In this document: one piece after another, positions 47,889 to 58,465 of the stretch
Layout: every line of letters starts with the position of its first letter
Numbering within the stretch: position 1 is the first letter of the stretch
Assembly: GCA_963831005.1 (NCBI GenBank)
Contig: CAWHOW010000027.1
Span: 45,002 to 109,001 of the forward strand
Reading direction: 5' to 3'
DNA from: an uncultured Bacteroidota bacterium
Lineage (GTDB): Bacteria; Bacteroidota; Bacteroidia; Bacteroidales; CG2-30-32-10
Length of the DNA stretch: 64,000 nt
Made by a program: the position numbers and the translations under genes
Notes under the pieces: generated by a model
The model's input: the letters and a program-made list of their open reading frames with translations, nothing else
Databases searched by the model: none
Told to the model about the DNA's origin: nothing

Positions 47889-48064
47889 GTTAACAAATGT
47901 TTAATTTCTGAATTGTTAATTGTTTTATGTTTTCAGACTCACCCCCTTCCCCCATAGCCGTCAGGTTAAGGATATAAACAATTGATTGTAAATAAAAAAC
48001 AGTTTGACATTAGTAAAGTAAATGAGAGTTTCAATACTATAGCAATTCACCAAAACTGCATACA

Positions 48065-48446
48065 ATGAAACTCTCAAGTAAAAAATCAAACAAAGATAAA
48101 ATAATAGAACAAATACAAGGATTTTTTGACCCAAAATATATAGAAGAAATATCCAGATTAACAAAATTTGTTCAACGAAAAAGTAAACTTCAAGGTGTAA
48201 TTTTTTTTTCTTATGTGTTTTTATAGCTAAGAAAGAAGGCACAATTAGTTTGGATGATTTATGCAGGGAATTACAAAGAGACGGTATCAAAATCAGAAAA
48301 CAAAGTTTGCAAGAACGGTTTAATGAACCGGCATCAAACTTTATGAAGAAGATGGTAGAACATGCATTATCGAAGAAGTTAGGATTAGATAAAGAAGGTA
48401 TAGAATGTCTATTTGGAAGGATTGTAGTAAATGATTCAACAGCCAT
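48065..48446 (+). pseudogene. 5' remnant of an IS4-like DDE transposase gene, frameshifted and truncated
   Basis: MKLSSKKSNKDKIIEQIQGFFDP...KLQGVIFF, then (frame change at the T-run near 48205-48215) ...SLDDLCRELQRDGIKIRKQSLQERFNEPASNFMKKMV...FGRIVVNDSTA. The similarity ends at the first catalytic-Asp region. Confidence 0.5.
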
Positions 48447-49137
48447 GCCCCACCGGCAATATGCCCGAATGGTTTATAGCCAGTATAGTTCCACTGGTAA
48501 GGTCGGTAACTTCAATAGTGCCTTCCAGTGAATAACAATCCACGTAGGTTCCTTTTGCCGGGATAACGCCTTTACCGCTAACCACCGCAACCCTGAAAAT
48601 ATGCCCTTCCTCTCCTCTCGCCACCTTCTTTGCATGTATCTGCACCCATCCTATTCCGGCGGCAGTAACCCCAAAATCGGGCTGGGTGCTTGTTATTTTC
48701 TTGGTCAACCTTCCCCCGCAGATATTTGCCAGTGTTATACCTGCAGTAATATCGCCTGTAGTTGTAGCAGCATCATTGCAGGCGCCTTTCATAAAATTAA
48801 TTACCTTGTTGTACAAGTCAACCGTAATTTTTTTCTGGCCCAGTACCTGGTTGCTGGTATAGAGCTGTGGTATAAGTACAGTGCCGTTTGACATGGTCAG
48901 CAGCAAATTCGCCGCATTATGCACCACAGTATCGGTAGTTGTACAACCTGCCATAGCTGCCACACCTGATGTTTTCAAACCCAAACATTCTTTTATTACA
49001 AATTCAGTAGGATCTGTTACCCTAAGAAGTTTAAGGCTGAGTTTTGGGAGATTTTTAACTAACGCCATCATGATGAACGTCATTACGAACCTTTCGCCAT
49101 AGCTGATTGGTTCTGATTTTAAAATTTTTGTTTCCAT
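48436..49137 (-). CDS. Hypothetical protein whose 3' end abuts the IS remnant
   Basis: 233-aa ORF rich in T/G/V; no motif. The last few codons lie inside the transposase remnant, so the C-terminus may be truncated. Confidence 0.4.
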   Translation of the reverse strand: METKILKSEPISYGERFVMTFIMMALVKNLPKLSLKLLRVTDPTEFVIKECLGLKTSGVAAMAGCTTTDTVVHNAANLLLTMSNGTVLIPQLYTSNQVLGQKKITVDLYNKVINFMKGACNDAATTTGDITAGITLANICGGRLTKKITSTQPDFGVTAAGIGWVQIHAKKVARGEEGHIFRVAVVSGKGVIPAKGTYVDCYSLEGTIEVTDLTSGTILAINHSGILPVGHGC

Positions 49138-50165
49138 TGTTTTAATTTTTTTTGGTTAATAATTAAACTGCCTATCTGTTTTAATCAAGTTATGCAAATA
49201 ATTTTATAATTTGTTTTTGCGAATTTGTATAACAATGGATTTTAAATTATTTTCAATCTGCGAAAATCAGCGTAATCAGCGGGAAACAGAAAGAACTCCC
49301 GCAGATAGCGCAGATATACACAGAAAATCAATATTAAATTTTGACATAATAAATCTTTCAACTTGTTCGAAGCAGATAGGCAGTATAATTAATTGAATTA
49401 TTCGCAATACAAAGTTAAGTCGGCTGTCAAGCGAAAACAGCTCCCAATCAGTTAACGGTAGGTTTCGTCCAGTATTCGGCAGGGTTCAGCCAGTTAATAG
49501 TAAGCTAAAACGATTTGGGTGTTTTTTATCAATTTGCGATGCCATGCAGAGAAGAGAAGCGCGCAGGCAAAGGAAAATTTGGTGGGGCGGCTACGTGTGA
49601 TATTCTCTTTTCCCAACCCGCGTCAGCATGTGAGGATGTGGCAAACCAAAGGCATGTGCGTAAAGCAACATACTTTTTATTACAGCAGGGTAGACATCAG
49701 GCTAAATGGGTGTAATAAAAAGCGTTGCGGCCGGTTTGCATATCCGTGTATGCATGTGCGCAGGGAAAATGCCTTCGCGCGTTGCGTCTTTTTCTTTTGG
49801 AACTTTTCTTTTGGACGAGCAAAAGAAAAGTGGAAATACTTTCAGATACATTCATAGTTCCTTACTTTTCTCCTCGATGAGAAAAGTAACAAAAGAATCA
49901 ACATCTCTCCTTTAGTAAACGTAAACATGAAATAAAAAAATACAATAGAGTTCTTAGGAAAATAGTTACTCTTTTCAGTTCGAGCAGGGGTGATACTGGC
50001 GGGATAATAAGGTCTGTTACTCGCCTTCACGTAAAAATACCTGTTTTTTCTTTATTAAATCGGGTCAATATACTCTTGGCCAGCTTATGTTCCTGATATA
50101 ATTTAGCATACTGGAAATACATTAAATTTGCTTATTCTAAAAGTCATTATAATTAAAAAGATACT

Positions 50166-52286
50166 ATGAAAACAAAACTTACTTTATTATTTTTCTTTTG
50201 CATTTATATTGCTGCATTCGCACAGTGGCAGCCAACCAATGGATTGTTTGCGGGCTCAGTTCAATCGGTGGTGGTGAGTAACGGTGAGATCATTGCCGGA
50301 ACTAATTATATTTATAAATCATCCGATAATGGCAAAACTTGGTTCGTGAGCAACAACGGTATAACTGGTACTGTTACCGCTATCCGCGGCCTGGCAAAGA
50401 GCGGTGGCAACCTTGTTGCTGTGAGCGATGCAGGAGCATTTTATTCGACCGATAACGGCAACAACTGGACACAAAGTTCAGGCACAGCAAGCTTGAATAT
50501 ATGGTGCCTTGTTAACGGGGGAAGCGACACCCTGTTCATGTCAACATACGCAAACGGGGTGTATAGGTCAACTAATAAAGGCGTAACCTGGAATGCCGCG
50601 AGTTCGGGCATCAACACCGCACAGCCCATATATGCACTGGCTGTTAAAGGTCACGATATTTATGCAGGTAGTGATGGATATGGTATTTATAAATCAATTG
50701 ACAAGGGTGCAACTTGGAATACTGTAAATACAGGCTTGCCGGGAAGTTATTATGCTATAGGAGCCATGGCCGTCCACGGAAACCATATCTACGCTGGTAC
50801 TTATGGAGCAGGTATGTATTATTCTTCAGATAATGGAGCACACTGGCTTGCTTTGAATAATGGCATATCAGCATCTGATAACATACTTGGCATGGCTGTT
50901 AATGGCAACTCTATTTATGCAAGCACGCTTACCGGGACCTTATATAAAACCACCGATTCCACTAACTGGAATGCTGTTTCAATTCCAACTTATGTTACCA
51001 CAAGATACCAGGCGTTTTATTCTGCAAATGGTGTATTTTATGTGGGAACATGGGGGGCACAGGGTACAGAAAAATCTTATGGCCTTTTCAGAACAAAAGA
51101 TGACGGCAACACCTGGCAACAGATAGGTATTACTGATTACCCCGTTTCGGTTCTCGAAGTTTCAGGGAGCAATATAATTGGTGGCACATCAGATATCACG
51201 GGAAACTCTTACCGTGTTTCATTATTTCAAACCACCGAAACGGATACTACATGGTCATATAATTTTGGCGGATTCAACGGGAAAGATATGACCGCTCTAA
51301 AAGCAAACGGAGCTGTTATGTATTTGTTCGATAATGAAGATCCCGGCAATTCGCTGGTGTATCGCTCCACTAATAATGGCAACAACTGGACAAGCACAGG
51401 TTTCAATGCATTGTATAATAACTTTGTAACCTTTGCTACTGCTGGTTCATATATTTATGCGGGCGACAATTCCCCCTATTACTCTTCCGATCATGTTTTT
51501 GTAAGTTCTGATAATGGAGGTACATGGAACCCTGTAAATGGTGGTGCCTTATCTGCCACGAATGTTTATGCTCTTGCTTTAAACGGCACTTCATTGTTTG
51601 TAGCCACTGATAACGGAATTTTCAAAAACACTGTTGGCTTAAATGCTTGGACTGTCGCTGATACCGGTTTACCGGCCAGTATAATTGTCAAATCGCTTTA
51701 TGTTACAGGGGGCACTATTTATGCAGGAACGCAAGGCAATGGAATATACAAATCGGTTAATAATGGCGGTCTATGGACAAGCATAAATACAGGAATACCT
51801 TTATATGCTGATATTACCTGCTTTTCATCTTCAGGAAGCGCTGTTTTAGCAGGAACTGACAATGGAGTTTTTCTAATGCCCAGCGGAGGAACATCGTGGA
51901 CAAGATTTAACACCGGGCTTATAGATACATCAATAACTGCAATGGTTACAAGCCCGAATTATATATGGGTGGGAACAACAAGCCAGGGAGTATGGCGAAG
52001 AGAATTGTCGCAAATAATTACAGGCATAAAAGAAGTTCCATCAGATCCTTCGTTTAAAATATTACCAAACCCTGCAACTACTTCAATAAGGGTAGAAATT
52101 CCAAATGCAAATAATAATACAGATAATAATATTTTGATCTATAATTCAGAAGGCAGCCTTGTATGGCAGGAAAACACATCAAAAGCTGTTCTAAATATTG
52201 ACATTAGTAAGCTTTCAAAAGGGATCTATTTTGTAAAGATATATAACAACGATTATATCCATACTGAAAAAATGGTTGTTCAATAG
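50166..52286 (+). CDS. BNR/Asp-box repeat (Ycf48/sortilin-like propeller) protein with a T9SS CTD
   Basis: At least 9 SxDxGxxW-type boxes (SSDNGKTW, STDNGNNW, SIDKGATW, SSDNGAHW, TKDDGNTW, SSDNGGTW ...) and a C-terminal LPNPATTSIRVEI...GIYFVKI. Confidence 0.75.
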   Translation: MKTKLTLLFFFCIYIAAFAQWQPTNGLFAGSVQSVVVSNGEIIAGTNYIYKSSDNGKTWFVSNNGITGTVTAIRGLAKSGGNLVAVSDAGAFYSTDNGNNWTQSSGTASLNIWCLVNGGSDTLFMSTYANGVYRSTNKGVTWNAASSGINTAQPIYALAVKGHDIYAGSDGYGIYKSIDKGATWNTVNTGLPGSYYAIGAMAVHGNHIYAGTYGAGMYYSSDNGAHWLALNNGISASDNILGMAVNGNSIYASTLTGTLYKTTDSTNWNAVSIPTYVTTRYQAFYSANGVFYVGTWGAQGTEKSYGLFRTKDDGNTWQQIGITDYPVSVLEVSGSNIIGGTSDITGNSYRVSLFQTTETDTTWSYNFGGFNGKDMTALKANGAVMYLFDNEDPGNSLVYRSTNNGNNWTSTGFNALYNNFVTFATAGSYIYAGDNSPYYSSDHVFVSSDNGGTWNPVNGGALSATNVYALALNGTSLFVATDNGIFKNTVGLNAWTVADTGLPASIIVKSLYVTGGTIYAGTQGNGIYKSVNNGGLWTSINTGIPLYADITCFSSSGSAVLAGTDNGVFLMPSGGTSWTRFNTGLIDTSITAMVTSPNYIWVGTTSQGVWRRELSQIITGIKEVPSDPSFKILPNPATTSIRVEIPNANNNTDNNILIYNSEGSLVWQENTSKAVLNIDISKLSKGIYFVKIYNNDYIHTEKMVVQ

Positions 52287-52412
52287 AGATTATGTATAAC
52301 TACTGCTATAAATGTATAGGCATAGTGCGCAATGCATAATTGTAATTACTTAATAAACATCAGATAAATTTCAAACACATCCATACATACAAATAAGCAA
52401 AACAAATAAACC

Positions 52413-55400
52413 ATGAAAAATAGAACTATAGCACTTATTTTTTGTTTTATTGCAATCGCTTTTATTAAAACAAATGCAGCTACATGGACAGTAACCAATA
52501 CTTCGGATGCAGGAGCAGGATCATTGCGTCAGGCAATTACTTCAGCTAATTCAAACCCAATGGATGCAGATAATATAGTTTTTAATATTCCAACTTCTGA
52601 TCCGAATTATAATGCAACAACCGGTGTTTACACAATAACGCTTGCATCATTGTTACCCACTGTTAACAGTGTTTCTGTTTCTATTGACGGGACAACACAA
52701 CCCGGCAGCTCTAATCCGTATGGCCCGGAGATATGTATAAACAGCACCACCAACCTATATTATGCATTGTGTTTCCCCTTCTCGGGAGGTGTTGTAAAAA
52801 GTTTGATCATAAATGGATTTCAAAATGGTATAGTGCTAACGACTTATAGCACCTACCCAAGCGGAAGCTGTACTATATCCAACTGCTATATTGGTGTGAA
52901 TCATGATGGCAGCGCTGCTATTTCTAATGGCAATGGCATAGTGCTGTATGACGGCGTGGCTAACAATACAATAAGTAACAATCTTATTTCAGGAAATACA
53001 ACAGCGGGTTTACTTGTTCAAAGATCAAACGGAAATATTATTCAGGGAAATAAAATAGGATGCGACAGAACAGGAATGTTCGCTATTTCCAACTATTACG
53101 GTGTAGCCATTGATTCATCAGCCAGCAATACTATTGGAGGAAACACTTCTGCTGAAAGCAATATCATCTCGGGAAATGCTTATGCCGGTATTGGGATAAA
53201 CTCAAACATCTCCTATAATAACAGTATCAAGGGAAATTATATTGGCATCAATATAAACGGAGCTGCAAGAACAGATACTATACCTAATTATTATGGTATT
53301 GCAATCAACGACTCTTATAATAATACTATTGGAGGCTCAACAGCAGGCGAAAGAAATATCATTTCAGGTAATCCGGGCGGTGGAATTTCTATTGATGGTT
53401 CAAATGCAATTAACAACATTATAAAGGGAAACTATATAGGAACCAATGTTGCAGGCACTGATTCTATTCCAAATTCAAACGGAATACTTCTTAGCGGTGT
53501 TTCAAAGAATATTATAGGTGGAAGCAATACAGGCGAGGGCAATTTGATTTCAGGTAATACTGCAGCAGGAATTGTAATGGTTTACATTGGTACACGCTTA
53601 AACACTGTTATAGGAAATTATATCGGCACTAATTATCAGGGAAATCAAATCCTGAGCAACTATACAGGAATCTATATTAAAAGCAATGCCAATAATAATA
53701 CAATTGGAGGCTCTGCGACAGGCGACCGGAATATCATTTCGGGGAATATTGCCATGGGTGTATGTGTTGAATCGGCTGACAGTAATGTGGTGAAGGGAAA
53801 TTATATTGGTCCTGATGTTACCGGTTTGAACACTTTAAGACTTTCAAACGACACCCTTGTCCAGCAGAATGGCTTATATTTTAATGCCTATTCCCAATAT
53901 AATATTGCAGGGGGATACGCAGCAGGCGAAGGAAATGTGATCTCAGGAAACAGAATGTATGGCCATACATTATATGGCAATGCTTCATACAATTACACTA
54001 TAGGGAATTACATAGGAGTGGATGCAACTGGCAATCATGCCATGCCCAATGCAACAGGTATTTGTGTAGATGGCAGCGCCAATCATAATCCTATCATTAA
54101 CAATGTACTTTCAGGCAATCATTCTTACGGACTTTTCATTGTTACAACAGGCTCGGATTACAATGTTCTGAAAGGAAACAAAATAGGAACCAATGCGGCA
54201 GGAACTGATACTGTTCCCAATCAAAGCGGCTTGCTTATAGGCGGGGGAACAAAATACGATACCATTGGAGGGACTTCGGCTGCCAGACAGGAACATCATT
54301 TCAGGGAATAAGTTTGATGGTATTGAAGTTGCAGATCTTTACACTTCTCACTGCAATATAGCAGGAAATTATATAGGGACTGATGTAAATGGAACCACTG
54401 CATTGCCTAATTCTATTGGCATCGGTTTAAGTACAAACCCCGGCAAAATCAATATAGAGAATAATGTGATAAGCGGGAACAACTACCTGGGCCTTGTTCT
54501 TTATGAGCATAGCGACAGCAATACAATTTACAGTAATAAAATTGGTATTGCTTCGGACGGGACAACAGCCCTGAAAAATAAAAGCGCGGGAATTGTTATT
54601 GCAAAAACTTCAAAATATAATAAAATAGGCGCTCCGAATAAAGGCAATATTGTTGCCTATAACGACAGCATCGGCATTGCCATTGGCGATTATGTGGACA
54701 CAGAAACGGTGTATAATACCATTTCTGCAAATCAGGTTTATAATAATGGCATGATGGACATTGATATTTATCCTGTCGGTGTAAATACCAACGATGCAGG
54801 CGATACCTGTACCAAAGGACCTGATAATATGCTGAATTACCCCGTGATACAAAGTGTTTTCCTCGACTGGCATGGAATTTCAACCATTATGGGAACTATG
54901 GATTATACTATTCATGGAGGACCAGTGGGAATAAGAATAGAGCTTTTTAAATCCAATGGAACAAATACTTTCAATCATGGAGGAGCTACCGCTTATCTCG
55001 GAGATACAGTAATAGTGAACAGTTCGGGTAACTGGAGTTTTCATTGTACAGGATTGAGTGCAGGCGATATGGTAACGGCTACTGCAACTGATATTTATGG
55101 CAATACTTCCGAATTAGCCCTAAACTCAGGTATTACTGTGGGTATTAAGGAAGTTGCATCAACCAAGAGTTTCTCTGTTTTTCCTAATCCGGCGACAAAC
55201 TCGTTAACAATAGAAATCCCGCAAGCGGCAGTTGGCAGTATGCAGTCGGCAGTAAGCAATATTGATATATACAATTTGATAGGTGATAAGATATATAGTT
55301 CACCGATTAATGAAAACCGATTACCGTTTACCATTAACATAGCTGATTTTCCGGTTGGGGTTTATGTTATAGAAGTAAAAACCGAAAAGGGATTAGAAAT

Positions 55401-55422
55401 GAGTAAGTTTGTTAAAGAATAA
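52413..55422 (+). pseudogene. Right-handed parallel beta-helix T9SS protein, split by a +1 frameshift near 54265-54311
   Basis: Signal peptide, a GSLRQAI motif, then tens of ~23-aa IGG..AGE.N.ISGN repeats. The ORFs 52413-54311 and 54265-55422 overlap in different frames exactly inside one repeat (IGGTSAA / RNIISGN). The CTD is at the end. Confidence 0.75.
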
Positions 55423-55498
55423 CCAATATCCAACACCCAATGTCCAATAATGAAGTGAAAAATTACCTGGAAATTGGACGTTCGATATTCGATATTGG
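55423..55498. repeat. Imperfect long hairpin after the beta-helix gene stop
   Basis: CCAATATCCAACACCCAATGTCCAA ... TTGGACGTTCGATATTCGATATTGG. Confidence 0.55.
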
Positions 55499-55588
55499 AA
55501 ATTGAGAAACTGAAAACTTCACTTTAGGCATTTTATGGACTTTAAGCACTTCTTTTATATAACAATACTTAGGTAAATTTTTAAAGTA

Positions 55589-55690
55589 TGGGACTAAAGT
55601 CCCTGATATTAGTGGGTTTTGTCAGTAACCCCAGACTTAAGTCTGGGGTTATGCAAACACCGTTCAAATATAGGGCTTTAGCCCTGAAAG
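55589..55690. repeat. Second cluster of short stem-loops
   Basis: GGGACTAAAGTCCC, CCCCAGACTTAAGTCTGGGG and AGGGCTTTAGCCCT. Confidence 0.6.
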
Positions 55691-55710
55691 GTATCATCTT
55701 TTTAAATAAA

Positions 55711-56106
55711 TTACCGAACTATTGATATAAAGGCATATAAATCAACTCGTTCTTTGAAGCTTTCCTGCTGAACAGCTAGGTAATAAACGCAGTTATTGTA
55801 ATAGTTACCGCAAGTATTATAATAGTTTGTGCAAGTATTTAAATAGTTTGCGCAAGTATTTAAATAGTCTCTGCAAGTATTTAAATAGTTTGTGCATGTA
55901 TTTAAATAGTTTGTGCAAGTATTTAAATAGTCTCTGCATGTATTTAAATAGTTTGTGCATGTATTTAAATAGTTTGTGCAAGTATTTAAATAGTCTCTGC
56001 ATGTATTTAAATAGTTTGTGCAAGTATTTAAATAGTCTCTGCAAGTATTTAAATAGTTTGTGCAAGTATTTAAATAGTTACTGCAACTCTTTATAAAATA
56101 CGCCAT
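55711..56106 (-). CDS. Cys-containing heptad-repeat ORF (131 aa) built on a 21-bp x ~15 tandem array
   Basis: MAYFIKSCS (NYLNTCT/NYLNTCR/DYLNTCT) x ~14 ...NYYNNCVYYLAVQQESFKERVDLYAFISIVR. The DNA units TAGTTTGTGCAAGTATTTAAA and TAGTCTCTGCATGTATTTAAA alternate. Coding status is uncertain because several frames on both strands are open across the repeats. Confidence 0.4.
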   Translation of the reverse strand: MAYFIKSCSNYLNTCTNYLNTCRDYLNTCTNYLNTCRDYLNTCTNYLNTCTNYLNTCRDYLNTCTNYLNTCTNYLNTCRDYLNTCANYLNTCTNYYNTCGNYYNNCVYYLAVQQESFKERVDLYAFISIVR

Positions 56107-56303
56107 AATGACAGCGCAGAAGGCAGTTTTGGCATAAATGTTAGGGCAATTAATATAAGGAAAGTGAATTTTGGTAAATTTGTTGAAGAAATAATTTAAA
56201 AGGAAAATAACATTTCTGAGAGCAAAACAAGCATTTTTGAGTACATTGGCTATTACGATGTAATACCTGAAAACAAGTTACCTGCAAGCAAAAAAGACAA
56301 TAA

Positions 56304-56963
56304 ATGGAAGATATAGAATATTATCTTGAATATCTTGAAAAACTCCAAAATGAGCATTTGGAAAAAGTAAATCAAATGACAATAGCAGATAATGCAAATT
56401 TATATTTTCATGATTTAATTGCTATTCCTGTTTTTAATCGTTCAATTTCATTAATTTCCGGATTTTGCTTATTGATTCGTAATGAAAATTTCATTTGTGC
56501 TGCACCTCTTATTAGACTACAACTTGATAATGCAATTAGATTTTATGCTTCATTTTTAATAAATGATAATGAATTTTTAAAAAAATTAATTAATGGCGAA
56601 TCCATAGGTCACATTAAAGATCCAATAACTAAAAAGAATTTTACAGATACATTTTTATTAGAAAAATTATGCGAAAAGATTAAACAATCAGATAATGAAA
56701 GTGAATGGCTAAAAAATAATTGGCTAAAGAATGTATATATTAATACATCTGGTTATATTCATTTGAGCGAAAAACATTTTTTTAATGCTACTGAAAAAAA
56801 TGATGCTGCTAAAATTAGGCTAAAAGTTGGAATTAAAGATTCATATATAACAGATCAAAACAAGTTAGAAGCTATTGGAATTATGATAGGTATAACGAAA
56901 CTTGTAATGTGGTTACTTGATAGTTGGACATATACTAAAATCAATAAAAGTATAACTTTATGA
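56304..56963 (+). CDS. Hypothetical protein, first gene of an AT-rich cassette (possibly DUF5677/AbiV-like; tentative)
   Basis: 219 aa. The segment LISGFCLLIRNENFICAAPLIRLQLDNAIRFYASFLIND resembles the helical core of that family from memory. Its stop overlaps the next ATG (ATGA). Confidence 0.55.
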   Translation: MEDIEYYLEYLEKLQNEHLEKVNQMTIADNANLYFHDLIAIPVFNRSISLISGFCLLIRNENFICAAPLIRLQLDNAIRFYASFLINDNEFLKKLINGESIGHIKDPITKKNFTDTFLLEKLCEKIKQSDNESEWLKNNWLKNVYINTSGYIHLSEKHFFNATEKNDAAKIRLKVGIKDSYITDQNKLEAIGIMIGITKLVMWLLDSWTYTKINKSITL

Positions 56964-58465
56964 TAGAAATAGCAGTAATATTAATCATTATTATAGTAAC
57001 AGTTTATGTTGTAATCAAGAGCAAAAAGAAAAGCAATTCCTCAATACAGACAACAACTAAACAGACGAATTATAATAGTCCAAATGGACAACAAGTATTT
57101 ACGAGCGACTATTTACCTCAAAATATTCAACGCATCGGAATTCAAGCATTGGAGACAATACACATTATCGGGACATCAAAAGCAATTGACACCATAAAAG
57201 GAAGATATGATTTTCTTTTAAAAATAATCGACACTTTAAAAAAAGGGCAAAATAATTCCCGCTATTTATCCGACATTCAAAAATCCATTGACACATATAA
57301 AACAATGTATTATGACAGATTACTGCAAGATTATGAACTTGCTTTACTTCTCAAACCAAATAATTTTGACTTAACTGATTTATATTGCAAAGCTCTTTAC
57401 AATGCTTTTAAAAGAAATTATGAAGAACATCAAACAGCAATAAAGCTTCTTAAACAAGATAGTGCTAAAATAAAAAGGAAGGAAAAAATTAACAAGATAA
57501 TAAGTTTCACAAAAGATGAATTGAAAAATAAATGTTCTTTATCGCAATCGTATTCAGCAATAATGAGTGAATTGGAAAACATTGAAGGTAATTTGCAATC
57601 AGAAAATGGAAATGTTATTGTAAATACATTCTTGCAAGTAGTGCAAGCACAGTACCCTTCTACTGCTAATACAATTGACTCATTTAAAACCGACCAATCA
57701 ATTGCCATAAAAGAAACAGAATTTGTACTTAATCCTAGTGCACCTTTTAAATTGACACTTATAAGTGAAGATAAAACGATTGGTAGCCAAATTCGCAAAA
57801 TTCTAATAGATGAAAATTATGCTGGTGTTGCTGACTATAATAAAAGGCATCAAATTCTTGCTCTATTTGCAGAATTCAATTTAAAAGTTAAGGAAGTTGA
57901 AGAATATAAGAATAAATATAGCAAAACTTATTTCAATAAAATTGATGAATTGAAAAATAATTCTCAAGAATGGAAATCTGTTGATGAAAAAGAGAAAGAA
58001 GATATACTCAAAAAATTTCAACAACTTGCAGTGAAAGAAATTTATGAAAAAGCAAATTGTGATATAGTTACTTTATTTGAAAAAGAACCTAAAGACATAA
58101 CGATAGATAATGATTTAATAAAAGAATATGGATTTAATAATATTGAAACTTATTTTCGTTTTGCTGACAATTTAGATAAGGTCAGATTAATTCCGAATGA
58201 TAGCTATAATCGACACCGTTTTGAAAAGTTAACAGAAATAGGGTTAGCTATTAGAGGTAGAGCAATTCCTATAGAAGAAATTTTATTAATTTTATCTTTA
58301 AAAGACCTTAATGAAATTGCACGAAGTGAAGAAAAAGAATTCAAGCGAAAACATCAAATCATTGAATACATACTTTCACTTTCAAATATTGAGGAAAAAA
58401 TTAGTTCAAAAATTTCATTCAGTGAATTATTTAAATTAAAACCTCTTCCTGAAAAAGTCGAGTAG
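56960..58465 (+). pseudogene. Membrane-anchored K/E-rich helical protein, 5' part of a gene interrupted by a group II intron
   Basis: N-terminal TM helix (IEIAVILIIIIVTVYVVI) followed by about 470 aa of helical sequence. The ORF ends within 1-3 nt of the intron 3' boundary. Confidence 0.55.

Noticed and set aside
47961-48446. 161-aa minus-strand ORF
   Set aside because: It is antisense to the recognisable IS4-like transposase remnant and very low in complexity (F/L/I-rich), so it is most likely spurious.
49515-49857. Two overlapping plus-strand ORFs (66 and 112 aa) in the GC-rich patch, and 49706-49915 and 49842-50030
   Set aside because: Their composition (Arg/Cys/Phe-rich) is typical of translated repeat DNA. 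They span hairpin elements, have no motif, and the frames overlap one another.
55827-56096. Plus-strand and alternative minus-strand ORFs across the 55.8-56.1 kb array (55827-56096, 55817-56065)
   Set aside because: They are open only through repeat periodicity and lack non-repetitive termini. The 55711-56106 frame is kept as the only candidate because it has an ATG and a unique C-terminal tail.
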